From: a virus
DNA length: 64,000 nt
Virus record (IMG/VR): IMGVR_UViG_3300021168_000018
Strand: one strand, 5' to 3'
In this document: piece by piece, positions 28,508 through 37,657 of the stretch
Numbering within the stretch: position 1 is the stretch's first letter
Layout of the letters: each line of letters starts with the position of its first letter
Made by a program: the position numbers and the translations under genes
Notes under the pieces: model-generated
What the model was told of the DNA's origin: nothing
Seen by the model: only the letters and a program-made list of their open reading frames with translations
Databases searched by the model: none

Positions 28508-29102
28508 TTTTTCTCCTCAGCTGAGTTTTATTTACGTGTTTCACTTCTGCTCCTATTTCCCGCACCTGAGCATCGGTCAGACCTAGGACTGACTTGATGT
28601 GCCTTAGCCTGATGCGGAAAGTCATGTGTCCAGTTACCGGCTGCCCTTGCGCGTAGAGTCTATTGCGCCTACAGAAATCACGGTAGGCGGTTTCGTAGAC
28701 TTCCATCGGCGGGTCTAGCAGCGTTATCAGCAGACGCTTGGCGTCGTTTGATAACAATGGACAAATTTCGTTGTAGCGAGATTTCATACGGTCTAGGAAA
28801 TCGTCTCGCTGATATGGCAGGCTTTCTGCCTTTTCTATGGGGACTTCTACCCCTTGCTTCTTGACTACGTTTGAATCGCGGTACAGGTCTTTCAGACGAT
28901 TGCACCACGCTCGTTTGAAGTACCTTGAGAAACGAGTCTGGCCGTCTGGAAATTCCCTGCAACACTCGACCAGCGTCAAGAAGCCTTCCGCCTCCACGTC
29001 TTCAAACGCCATTTTCAGGCGTCGATTCTGGGACGCTCGCCACGCATACCATCTGATGAGCGGTTTCAAACGCCGGAGTGCGACACCGATGTCGTATGGC
29101 AT
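28500..29102 (-). CDS. Phage sigma-factor-like protein
   Basis: Region-2-like LKPLIRWYA...FEDVEAEGFLTLVEC...FSRYFKRAWCNRLKDLYR; C-terminal HTH-like segment. Confidence 0.65.
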   Translation of the reverse strand: MPYDIGVALRRLKPLIRWYAWRASQNRRLKMAFEDVEAEGFLTLVECCREFPDGQTRFSRYFKRAWCNRLKDLYRDSNVVKKQGVEVPIEKAESLPYQRDDFLDRMKSRYNEICPLLSNDAKRLLITLLDPPMEVYETAYRDFCRRNRLYAQGQPVTGHMTFRIRLRHIKSVLGLTDAQVREIGAEVKHVNKTQLRRKNG

Positions 29103-29870
29103 CTATTTCCCTCTGCCTACTTTTCCTTTCGCAGTCCTAGCTTTATTTCTAGACTTCGTTTGTACCTTGGAAACCTTAGCACGCGAGGGAATCGCCTTAT
29201 GAACCTTGGAAACAATTGTTCTCGCGCGTGACGCTCTATTACCTGCTTTCGCATTGTTTCTCCTTTTGGGTCGAACGTCCACTCGACCAGCACTTTTCCT
29301 TTGTGTCCGTTCCCGTGCCTTGACGGGTATCTTACTTTTACGACTCGCTTTCCTTTTTGCGCGTCCCAAAACTCTCTTACGAATACTAGGTCTGGGTTTC
29401 TTTCCATTAGACTCTTTGCGTATGGCGTCCGTGGCTCTCTCGATTCGTCTTGGATAAGACTCTGAGCCAATGAGGTTTTTACAGCGGGTGCAACGGACCG
29501 CCCTTTCTTCAGCATTCTCCACCTCCATTTTCCCTATTAGACAGTGACACTGTTTTGTTTCTTCCTCTCTAGGCCAGCGGAACGGACGGGGATAGCGCTT
29601 CAGCCTTCTGGGTTGTCGGACTGTGATAATGCGCCACGGCCAGTTTTCTCTTTCTTGACCGCGTTCCTTGACCCAGACCTGGACGCCGTATTTCTTGATG
29701 ATTTGATGGACCAGCGCCGTGCGGCCCGTGACCGTATCTACAACTCGTGTAATTTCTGGCACGATGTATGGCAGGAGCGCGTCACCAGACAGTTCGTTGA
29801 CCCCATACATCGTAATCATTTTCTGCTTTTCCCACTCTGCATGGATATTGCTGCGCTTTTCAGGCTCCAC
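29103..29870 (-). CDS. Hypothetical protein; basic C-terminal half overlaps another ORF
   Basis: GTG with RBS AAGGGGAG, 18 nt after motif copy 2; contains KRYPRPFRWPR. Confidence 0.45.
   Translation of the reverse strand: MEPEKRSNIHAEWEKQKMITMYGVNELSGDALLPYIVPEITRVVDTVTGRTALVHQIIKKYGVQVWVKERGQERENWPWRIITVRQPRRLKRYPRPFRWPREEETKQCHCLIGKMEVENAEERAVRCTRCKNLIGSESYPRRIERATDAIRKESNGKKPRPSIRKRVLGRAKRKASRKSKIPVKARERTQRKSAGRVDVRPKRRNNAKAGNRASRARTIVSKVHKAIPSRAKVSKVQTKSRNKARTAKGKVGRGK
29117..29515 (-). CDS. Hypothetical protein with clustered (R)FPR motifs
   Basis: Strong RBS GGAGGTG; LFPRFIRRFPRVLRFPRY. Confidence 0.65.
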   Translation of the reverse strand: MLKKGRSVAPAVKTSLAQSLIQDESREPRTPYAKSLMERNPDLVFVREFWDAQKGKRVVKVRYPSRHGNGHKGKVLVEWTFDPKGETMRKQVIERHAREQLFPRFIRRFPRVLRFPRYKRSLEIKLGLRKEK

Positions 29871-29888
29871 GATTCTCCCCTTATACTA

Positions 29889-29901
29889 ATGAAACGCTAT
29901 T
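29889..29901 (-). promoter_or_regulatory. Conserved upstream motif AATAGCGTTTCAT, copy 2
   Basis: Exact 13-mer, 18 nt before the GTG at 29870. Confidence 0.7.
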
Positions 29902-29968
29902 TTTAGGAAAGTTAGGCGGGATTAGTGCCCAGCGACCCTTGCGAGCCCCCCTCACTAACCCCACCAAC

Positions 29969-30000
29969 CCACGACGTGAGCGTCTAAGCGAGCGCCGTGG
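29969..30000 (+). other. Hairpin with tandem G-A pairs (CCACGACGT-GA-GC-GTCTAA-GC-GA-GCGCCGTGG)
   Basis: Intergenic; folds better on the plus strand because GA/GA becomes TC/TC on the minus strand. Confidence 0.35.
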
Positions 30001-30007
30001 AAACTTG

Positions 30008-30658
30008 TTAGTCTTTCTTCTTGCTCTTTTTCTTCACTGGCGCAACGACTTCCAGCTTTTCATTGCACCAATCCTTCATGAACTTGATTGGCGTGATTCG
30101 CAGCTTGTTGCTGGCTGCCTTGGCCTTGAACGTCATTGGCTTCCCAGTCCACGGATTGCGACCCTTCCTTTTCTCTTTAGCCGGGCGATATTGCACTTTG
30201 ACTACTGCGAAATCCGGCAGCCTGATGCGGCGCTCGTTTTTCAGCGTGATACGGATGGTCTTGAGCAACGCTTCGTACACTTCCTTGACTAGACTGCGCT
30301 TCTGTCCCGACCGCTCTGCCACTTCTGACAATACATTCATTTCATCTCCTTTTGGTTTCTCTTGCGGAAAATTTAGGACGGTTCTCCCATTGGAATCTTG
30401 GACCACTTCGGCGTCGAATTCATTTACTAGGAACTCTAGTGCTTGCTGACTGATGATTTCTGGCTTGCGACCCTGCATGACCTTTGGAACCATTGCGAAG
30501 ATTTCTTCTCTGGGGATTTTGTACTCCAGCAAGTTGAGACCGAATTGCTGAAATATGCCCACGAGTTCCACGTCTTCAGTTAGGGTCCTGCTTTTGGAAA
30601 TGCGACGCTTGAATGACAGATTCAGGTTGGCTATTTTGGGGTCGATTGGTTCGATCAT
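30008..30658 (-). CDS. HU/IHF-family DNA-binding protein with in-frame N-terminal extension (internal start 30340)
   Basis: C-terminal 110 aa has GRNPWTGKPM and the HU pattern; AAAGGAG RBS before ATG at 30340. Confidence 0.8.
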   Translation of the reverse strand: MIEPIDPKIANLNLSFKRRISKSRTLTEDVELVGIFQQFGLNLLEYKIPREEIFAMVPKVMQGRKPEIISQQALEFLVNEFDAEVVQDSNGRTVLNFPQEKPKGDEMNVLSEVAERSGQKRSLVKEVYEALLKTIRITLKNERRIRLPDFAVVKVQYRPAKEKRKGRNPWTGKPMTFKAKAASNKLRITPIKFMKDWCNEKLEVVAPVKKKSKKKD

Positions 30659-31005
30659 CAGAACACTTTCAAAATGTTAAACTGTTTTAGACCACGTATC
30701 GTTTCCAAAAGACTCTTTCCTTGTTCATGTGCTTTGTAGCCTAGCTCATAAGCTAGTATAGCGATTAGATACACGTCTTCCGTGACCGTTGCTACTTCAG
30801 GCTCACGTTCTGTCTGGCTTCTCACGAATGAGGGGTCGTCCACATTGGGACGCTTTAATTTCTGGTTAACCAGTTTCTCGTTACGTGGATTTTCCGGGCA
30901 AGTAGCTTCGTGTCTCGCCAACCCATGAGCGTTCTTACACAGCTTCCCACAGAATCTACATTGTCTGTCTATATCTTGAATTCTCATTGTCAATTTTCTT
31001 TTCAT
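30658..31005 (-). CDS. C2H2-like zinc-finger protein
   Basis: CRFCGKLCKNAHGLARHEATC. Confidence 0.5.
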   Translation of the reverse strand: MKRKLTMRIQDIDRQCRFCGKLCKNAHGLARHEATCPENPRNEKLVNQKLKRPNVDDPSFVRSQTEREPEVATVTEDVYLIAILAYELGYKAHEQGKSLLETIRGLKQFNILKVF

Positions 31006-31343
31006 GATTTCTCCTCCAAGTATTCTCTCAGCTTTTCTCCGTGCTTGCAGCCTACACTTTCACGTGCGATAGCGACCAGATTCAGCCCGTGAATCATGGC
31101 GTCCTGGCAGTTACAGATGTAGGTGCTTTTCGTGGTAGAAAAATTCTGTGACGATGCTGAGGATGTTACTGAAATAACACGCGTCTCAGTCAAGATTTGG
31201 ACGTAGTAGCTTCGGCCTGTGTCACCGCTGGTGACCCTGTACACGTCCACGTGGAACCATTCCGGCAATTCTCGCTGGTGATTGCCTTCCGGACTATGGA
31301 TTGTGAGTGGAGCACACTTTTCATATCGCCAAAAGTTAGGCAT
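31002..31343 (-). CDS. SWIM zinc-finger protein
   Basis: CNC...CKH. Confidence 0.55.
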   Translation of the reverse strand: MPNFWRYEKCAPLTIHSPEGNHQRELPEWFHVDVYRVTSGDTGRSYYVQILTETRVISVTSSASSQNFSTTKSTYICNCQDAMIHGLNLVAIARESVGCKHGEKLREYLEEKS

Positions 31344-31530
31344 TCTTTATCACTCCTACTAGGAGGTCCCCACGTTTGACTATATACGCGGTATGGGGTG
31401 GATTGCAGTAGCAGACTCTGTGCAATACATCTGAAAGTGCGGACCTTAGAGCGGTCGTAGATATCTTGAATACTGTCTGCTTGTAATCCTGCACTTTGTA
31501 CTCTGGAACATTTTTCAGGTTGATTGTCAT
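31336..31530 (-). CDS. Hypothetical protein
   Basis: ATG at 31530 overlaps the upstream TGA. Confidence 0.4.
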   Translation of the reverse strand: MTINLKNVPEYKVQDYKQTVFKISTTALRSALSDVLHRVCYCNPPHTAYIVKRGDLLVGVIKNA

Positions 31531-31718
31531 CAGTAGTCCTTTCCAAAGCGCCATCTGAGTTCCTCTTCGATGGCTGTGATTGTTTTCGTGTAGGACTGAT
31601 TGGCCTTCACCTTCTTCAGTTTTCCAACGAGCCCTATCATTTCTTTCTGGCCTGTATATTTCTTTGCCGTGTCTTCCAGCACGTTGCACACTTCCACGAC
31701 TGCTTTCTGATTAATCAC
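31530..31718 (-). CDS. Hypothetical protein
   Basis: RBS GGAGG; coupled. Confidence 0.45.
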   Translation of the reverse strand: MINQKAVVEVCNVLEDTAKKYTGQKEMIGLVGKLKKVKANQSYTKTITAIEEELRWRFGKDY

Positions 31719-32001
31719 ATCGGCCTCCTAACTCCTCGTATTTCGCTATCAGCGCGTCGCCATAGATAGCTTTGCGCGCTTCTCGACTCGCCGTTGCGTT
31801 GAACGGTTTGTTCATTTGGAATCCGGACTCTGCTGACACGACATAGATGCCCTTGCCTATCCAGCGAGCGCTGAGGACATCTATGTGCGGACAGTTGACC
31901 AGTTCTATCATCTGACCGATGGAAAACTGGCCGAGCGCGGGGATGATTGGGTACTGCTCACCAGTCGGTTTGATTATGAGCGCCATGCTTCTCTCCTCCA
32001 T
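31711..32001 (-). CDS. Hypothetical protein (DUF3846-like)
   Basis: ALIIKPTGE...FNATAS...IYGDALI. Confidence 0.45.
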   Translation of the reverse strand: MEERSMALIIKPTGEQYPIIPALGQFSIGQMIELVNCPHIDVLSARWIGKGIYVVSAESGFQMNKPFNATASREARKAIYGDALIAKYEELGGRCD

Positions 32002-32283
32002 CTATCTAGGCTGGCTGCCAGCATTGTAAGGATTACTACGATTAGCGTCGTCATGTTTCTTTATCTCCCTTTCTTGCCAGTCCAATATCACGCGCTCCAT
32101 AGAGAGCGGGCAAATTGGATGGTTTTGATTGTAGGTTTCCCCATGGAGCATTGATGGCCTATTGCATCGCTCGCAGAGTATGCCTTTCTTCAAGTGGAAT
32201 TCCCTATAGGCATACTTGACGAAGTAGATGAACGCGGCCAGACAGCAGACCAAGATTAGAAACGAGGCTATCTGGTCTACCAT
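32002..32283 (-). CDS. Small membrane protein with Zn ribbon
   Basis: N-terminal hydrophobic helix; CERC...HPIC. Confidence 0.45.
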   Translation of the reverse strand: MVDQIASFLILVCCLAAFIYFVKYAYREFHLKKGILCERCNRPSMLHGETYNQNHPICPLSMERVILDWQEREIKKHDDANRSNPYNAGSQPR

Positions 32284-32504
32284 CAGCGCACGTTCGCAGA
32301 GTGATAGCGTTCTCTGACCGGCTTGTTGGCACGGATTTCACCAGAGATATTGAGCGTGTGGTGGAGTAGACTGGCGTGAGCGTAGGCTTTGTCGAACACG
32401 TCACCGACCGCTTCGCCAATGACGTGTATCTCCACGGCGTTGTTGTCCATCTTGAAAACGTGTCCACAGCCACAGACTATTTTCATGTTTATTGTTGGTT
32501 CCAT
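32283..32504 (-). CDS. Hypothetical protein
   Basis: Coupled ORF. Confidence 0.4.
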   Translation of the reverse strand: MEPTINMKIVCGCGHVFKMDNNAVEIHVIGEAVGDVFDKAYAHASLLHHTLNISGEIRANKPVRERYHSANVR

Positions 32505-33079
32505 TATTTCGCCTCCTGTAACAATTCGATTAGTTTATCTGCCATCTGTTCCCACGCCGCCGACCGCGCCGCCGACTCCGCCGACCACGCCGCCGACCGC
32601 GCCGCCGACCGCGCCGCCGACCGCGCCGCCGACCGCGCCGCCTCTATAGAAATAGGTAATCCGGCAGCCATGTCTTTCACGATTTGCAGCGCACTGGAAC
32701 AACCTTTCCTCACTTCTTCTGTCCCATATTTCGTCAGACTGTTTTCTACTGTCCAAGCTAGAAATTTCCAGCCGACTAGAGACAGGTCCTTTCCTGGCTG
32801 GATTGCGGACAGGAAACGTTCCGGCCATTCTTGTGCTTTGCCATTGCTCAAGCCTTCAAAAATGGCATCTTCGATATGAGCCAGCATCTGTGGAATTCCC
32901 AGCTCAGTTTCGTAACGCTCATGCTCGTAGGCTTCCAGCGTGCAACCTATCGCACAGCCCTTCCCATCTTCCCAGCCGACGCCACGAATCAACTCATCGG
33001 CGATTCTATGAGAAGCTACGCGAGCCAGATACTTGTCCTTGATTTCCTGCTTGCCGTGATATGCTAACATTGTCATCAC
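32504..33079 (-). CDS. Phage hypothetical protein with AARS tandem repeats
   Basis: GCAIGC, FEGL, WPERFL, then (AARS)n. Confidence 0.65.
   Translation of the reverse strand: MMTMLAYHGKQEIKDKYLARVASHRIADELIRGVGWEDGKGCAIGCTLEAYEHERYETELGIPQMLAHIEDAIFEGLSNGKAQEWPERFLSAIQPGKDLSLVGWKFLAWTVENSLTKYGTEEVRKGCSSALQIVKDMAAGLPISIEAARSAARSAARSAARSAAWSAESAARSAAWEQMADKLIELLQEAK
32557..32642. repeat. 12-bp coding tandem repeat (GCCGCCGACCGC)n encoding AARS/AAWS
   Basis: About seven near-identical units, one shortened to 9 bp. Confidence 0.85.
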
Positions 33080-33318
33080 TCACCTTCTTTCTTCTGCGCG
33101 TTGGCAGATACTGTCGTGAATTTGTACCACTCGTTTTCCAACATCTCCATGACCTTAGCCTTGCATTCTGGGCATAAGAGGCAGACGAAATAATTCCCAT
33201 CTGGGGTGCCAGCACTTGACAGTTTCAGCCTCGCCCATGTGATTGGGACTGTAGATGCCGTGTGTTGACGCTTGCACGGCCCTTCACACTGGAGTTCAAA
33301 CGTTTTCTTAATCGCCAT
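33076..33318 (-). CDS. Small Cys-containing hypothetical protein
   Basis: RBS GGAGGTG; coupled. Confidence 0.45.
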   Translation of the reverse strand: MAIKKTFELQCEGPCKRQHTASTVPITWARLKLSSAGTPDGNYFVCLLCPECKAKVMEMLENEWYKFTTVSANAQKKEGE

Positions 33319-33580
33319 CTCAGTTCACCTCCGGCTGGAGTTGCTGGATGCCGATATCACGGAGTGTGAGCTCGACTTCGATTTCAATGTACTCGTCGAT
33401 GCTGACGTCCTCGCTCGTACTGAGCCAGACCAAGTCTAGGTAATCCATTTCCTTGAGGCGCTTGCAGACGCTGATAGTTTTATCCATGTCACTCTCCCTC
33501 TCCGACTAGAATTAGCCACGCGATAAGAGCCACTACAGAAACGACCGCGATGAACGAAACCATTATGACTAGAGGCATGG

Positions 33581-35062
33581 TCAGTTCACCGCCTTGCTGA
33601 TAGTGGCCTTCCCATTCCCGTTCGGCTTGGGAGTTGGAGGGACTTTATTCTCCGTCATGAAGTCGGCAGGCACGGCGTTTTCGTGCCCGTGTTCTAGTGA
33701 GAGTTGGAGCATTTTGTTGACGTCGTCATCGGTGCAATTTGCGACGTGGATGCGGTTGAGGCCCGTTTTATCCGGCGACAATATGAACATGTCGCCCTTG
33801 CCTAGCAGGTTCTCTGCTCCACGCTGGCCTAGGATGGTCTTGCTGTTCACGGCGTCTGGCATTCTGAACGCGGCGCGACCGAGGAAGTTGACCTTGATTT
33901 TGCCAGACACGACATCGACCGACGGACGCTGCGTGCAAGTGATGACGCAGATTCCAGCGGCGCGGGCCATCTGACTGATAGAGGCCATCCGTTTTGTGAA
34001 CTCCTTTTTCTCCTCCAGCACGATTTCAGCCATTTCGTCGATGACCAGCACGATGTAGTACCATTTCTCGGCCATCTTCTTGGCTGCCTGCTCTTCCAGC
34101 ATCTTGCGAACGTTGCCTTCCTTGGCTTTAAGCGCGGCTTGCTTGAGTTCGTCCGCTTCTTTCTGGAGGCGGTCGTTGAGTTCCTTGATGTTGTTGACCT
34201 TCAGCACATGAAGGTTAGCGGTGCGCCGTTTCATTTCCTGGATAAGGGTTTCCATGACGTTGAGGCAGCCCCAGACCGTGAACTCTGGCGGCATCAGCAT
34301 GTGAGGCAGCCCCTTGAACCTGAACAGCTCCACTTGCTTCGGGTCCACGAACGCGAACCGGAGTTCGCTTGGAGTGCGGATTTCTGCCAGACTGGTAATG
34401 ATTTGCTTGAGCAGTGTAGATTTGCCGGTCCCGGTAGAACCGCCGACCAGCATGTGAGGGAATGTAGCCAAGTCTTCCACGTATGGAGCGCCTTCCGACG
34501 TGAGCCCGAAGTTGAGCGGGAGCGCCATGTCGTAGCGATGCGCCAGAGTGTTCTTGAAGCAGGACTCATGCGTGACAACGAGCCTTTCTCCGTTCGGCAT
34601 GGAAACGCCGACCACTGGCTTGCCGGGGATGCGGCGGATTGTGACCGTCTCGACCGACAATGCCAGCGCGAGGTCCTCATTGAGGGACTTGAGCCTCTTG
34701 ACTCGCGTGAACCGGTCAGGCGTGAATAGGTACTCCGTCACGACCGGCCCTTTGACTATGCCGGTCACTTGACCCGGACAGTCGAAGTTTTTGCAGGACT
34801 CCGTTATCATCTTGACGATTTCTTCCTGCTTCTTGCCGACCGGGTTGAGTTCGCGTGGGAACCGTTTCTTGCCGTCTGGCTTTTTCTGGCCTTCCAACTT
34901 GAACGGTGACGTCGTGCTGCCACAGAGCGGACAGTGACGGCGCTTTGTGAGCAGGTCCTTGTTAACGATGCGGCAATTGCGACAGATTTTGTACTCGCTG
35001 ATTTTGTACATCATTTCTTCAGACAGTTTTTGCATGACTTGTCTCCATTTGTTCTCGCTCAC
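33581..35062 (-). CDS. FtsK/SpoIIIE-family DNA translocase lacking membrane anchor and gamma domain
   Basis: Alpha domain GPVVTEY...EDLALAL...IPGK, GGSTGTGKS, VIDEMAE, ARAAGI...TQRPS; N-terminal CxxC...CxxC. Confidence 0.88.
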   Translation of the reverse strand: MSENKWRQVMQKLSEEMMYKISEYKICRNCRIVNKDLLTKRRHCPLCGSTTSPFKLEGQKKPDGKKRFPRELNPVGKKQEEIVKMITESCKNFDCPGQVTGIVKGPVVTEYLFTPDRFTRVKRLKSLNEDLALALSVETVTIRRIPGKPVVGVSMPNGERLVVTHESCFKNTLAHRYDMALPLNFGLTSEGAPYVEDLATFPHMLVGGSTGTGKSTLLKQIITSLAEIRTPSELRFAFVDPKQVELFRFKGLPHMLMPPEFTVWGCLNVMETLIQEMKRRTANLHVLKVNNIKELNDRLQKEADELKQAALKAKEGNVRKMLEEQAAKKMAEKWYYIVLVIDEMAEIVLEEKKEFTKRMASISQMARAAGICVITCTQRPSVDVVSGKIKVNFLGRAAFRMPDAVNSKTILGQRGAENLLGKGDMFILSPDKTGLNRIHVANCTDDDVNKMLQLSLEHGHENAVPADFMTENKVPPTPKPNGNGKATISKAVN

Positions 35063-35526
35063 CTGCTAGGTAGAGGAGATTGTGGTGGATTCTAGGCTCC
35101 ACCTTGCCTTTGATTGGCCTCAAGCTATCTTGCTGACCGGGACTTCCACCCGGCCTTGAATAGTCGTGATGGCGATTTCCAGTGCGCGACGGCGCTTCTT
35201 GCCTTCCGTATTCTTGAGGATTTTCTCCAGATACGGAATGGCCTCCCGTTTCGTCATGGACTTCGCCTTGATTTTCTTACCTTGTTCGTTACGCATTTTG
35301 TGTTGCTCCTTTCCCGCTTTGGGGAATTCGATTGCTGGTATTGTTGGCCGAACTGATGTGACGCTGTGTCGCGTGACGGAACCCACGCATTTCGTCTCGC
35401 AGGAAACGCTGGATTTCGTCGGACTTTTCCTTGCTGAGATACTGCCCTACTGTTTGACCGTTGACAGTTACTGTGACTGCTTGCATGTGATGCTCCCTTC
35501 CTTTTTAGGTCCTGGGGGACCGATTT

Positions 35527-35976
35527 CTACCGCGTGGCCTTTTGAATCCGGCGTTCTGTTTCCCTGAGTTGCTTCTTGGTCCACGTCCGTGCTGCCGGAT
35601 GCAGCAACCAGAACACCGTTCTACCATCAACGTCGAGTGATGAAAAATATTCGAAATCAATATTCTTATCGGAGAGTGCATAACCAGACTCTCTGAATGT
35701 TTTCCTAGCTACAGCGCCACAAACTAGAATTATGCTTGGATTCAAGCGTGTCAGGTTTTCATGGAGCCATTTTGCGTCCGGCTTTCCGTGGTGGTTGGCA
35801 GACGTGACTAGTTCGCGGCAGCAATTCGTCACGACCAGCCGATGCGCGTTTTCTGGCCCTACGAATTTGTAGAGTCGCTTGCCAGATTTGTTATGCGGGT
35901 TGATTTTGAAATATCGTGGAGCGCGGCCTTCCCTGTCGCCCCACATTGTTTCGAGGACTGCGACGATGAAACTCAC
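35527..35976 (-). CDS. Minimal uracil-DNA-glycosylase-fold protein
   Basis: VTNC, PSIILVCGAVA, LLHPAAR pattern. Confidence 0.45.
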   Translation of the reverse strand: MSFIVAVLETMWGDREGRAPRYFKINPHNKSGKRLYKFVGPENAHRLVVTNCCRELVTSANHHGKPDAKWLHENLTRLNPSIILVCGAVARKTFRESGYALSDKNIDFEYFSSLDVDGRTVFWLLHPAARTWTKKQLRETERRIQKATR

Positions 35977-36353
35977 TTCGGTGCCTCAGTTTCGTCTGCC
36001 ACGTCCGGCATCATTTCTTCCTCTTCAATTTGTTCCTGTTCATGAGTTGGACACAGCAAGTCGTACGGTCCGGGGTCTTGGCTGGCCATGATTGTCCACG
36101 TGTGATTTCCGCGAGTGCAGAAATGCTTGTAGACGTTTGGGTAGAGTTGCTGGTCCATTTGCTCTACCGCTGTCTGCATGATTGTTCGATACGCAGCGAT
36201 TTCGCGGTCCTTACGAACTTGCAAAACCGCACGCAGCATTTTCAAGTCGTCTATCGACATGTCCAATTCGATTTTCATACCCGCTCCTTTACTGCGATGA
36301 TATGCTTGCACTTTCCACGGTGGAATATCCAGTGACGGCAAGAACATTGCCAT
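35973..36353 (-). CDS. Hypothetical protein
   Basis: Coupled ORF. Confidence 0.4.
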   Translation of the reverse strand: MAMFLPSLDIPPWKVQAYHRSKGAGMKIELDMSIDDLKMLRAVLQVRKDREIAAYRTIMQTAVEQMDQQLYPNVYKHFCTRGNHTWTIMASQDPGPYDLLCPTHEQEQIEEEEMMPDVADETEAPK

Positions 36354-36469
36354 TGGCCTTGTGAAGTCCGGCGCACGATATAGTGTTTGCGTGCATCGGA
36401 TTGTGAATTGACGGTGAACCTGCGAACGTGGCCTTGCGTTTCCCGTTTCAGGATTGCGATTGGAGCCAT
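36275..36469 (-). CDS. SWIM zinc-finger protein
   Basis: YIV...WQCSC...CKHI. Confidence 0.6.
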   Translation of the reverse strand: MAPIAILKRETQGHVRRFTVNSQSDARKHYIVRRTSQGQWQCSCRHWIFHRGKCKHIIAVKERV

Positions 36470-36673
36470 TTAGCTCACCGTCCCAAACGTTGTGTAGGTC
36501 ACTGGCCTATCATGCTTTGTTACTGGACGCCAGCGACCTAATATGCCGCCCGAATATTTCAACTCGGATTTCTTTTCGGCCACGGCATGTCTATCGCACC
36601 AATCCCAGTGTGTGCCATTACCGAATTGGCGTTGCGTTGCTGGCCTATTGCATCCTGGTTGATTGCATTTCAT
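36470..36673 (-). CDS. Small hypothetical protein
   Basis: RBS AAGGAAG; CNQPGC...WCDRH. Confidence 0.45.
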   Translation of the reverse strand: MKCNQPGCNRPATQRQFGNGTHWDWCDRHAVAEKKSELKYSGGILGRWRPVTKHDRPVTYTTFGTVS

Positions 36674-37363
36674 GTTACCACTTCCTTACTCCGCCATTTC
36701 AGCGGCGAGGATGTTCACTGTCATTGTAGACACGTGACGTTGTCATTCAGGCGTAAACTCAACCTCGCCCGCCATCGTTGTGAACATCCACGTCGCTGGA
36801 GAAGAAACTTTCCTAGAAACTCATGCGGTATCCGACGCCTGATGCCTTGCGGCATATTCCTAGTCCCGTGTAAGGGGACGTGCGGTATGTCGGGCCTGAT
36901 TCCTTCTCAAGCGAGATGAAATTGTTTGTTCGAAACTCCCATGTCAGCTTGATTTGCGAAACCTTGCGATACATTTAACGTCCGTTCAGTCGGACGGTGG
37001 TAGTTCTTTTACGGGTCCACCACGCCTAAACCTAGGAACACCTGACTGGTAGCGACCACAGAGGGAATTACGCTGACCGAGGGTCCTACACGTTCAATCA
37101 ACCATCCTCTCGATTACCATGCGGCATTGCATGGCTGAATTCTTAAAATCCGATGGAATATTGAACGACTGCCTTGCCTGAGGACGCTGAGCGGCCAACC
37201 AGATTTCCGGCTCGCTACATTGTTCTTACCGTGTGTCGAGTTTTTACGTGCCACTAGCACTGGACTCTAGCACTAAGACCCCGAGCGTGTCCGCGATGGG
37301 TCGTAGAACTTTGTAGGTTGCCTACTTTTCTGGATTGCTGGCTGTAACCCTTAGCGGGGGAAA

Positions 37364-37657
37364 CTAGTTCACCCGCATCTCGCCATTGCGCCACCGGAGT
37401 TTCATGTGGAAACTCCGATGACATTTATCATGGGCGAGAGTTTTGTTGCCCTTGCTGTCGTTGGAGTGGTCCAGGTCCTTGTGATGGATTGTGATAGTCC
37501 TTGAAATTGGACTGCCCTGCCCATCGCCGTCCTTGGCATAACTCTCATACCCTAGCAAGGGTTCCTTGCAGAAGTAACAGTGTTTGTCTCGCAGGAAAAA
37601 ATGGAGGAGTTCCCGACACTTCCGCAATTCTTGGCGTGTAGATTTTCGCATTGACAT
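37364..37657 (-). CDS. Small HNH endonuclease
   Basis: CYFC, TIHHKDLDHSNDSKGNKTLAHDKCHRSFH. Confidence 0.8.
   Translation of the reverse strand: MSMRKSTRQELRKCRELLHFFLRDKHCYFCKEPLLGYESYAKDGDGQGSPISRTITIHHKDLDHSNDSKGNKTLAHDKCHRSFHMKLRWRNGEMRVN

Noticed and set aside
32557-32642. Tandem repeat as a CRISPR array
   Set aside because: 12-bp units with no unique spacers, in frame inside a CDS. No CRISPR array or cas gene was seen anywhere in the window.
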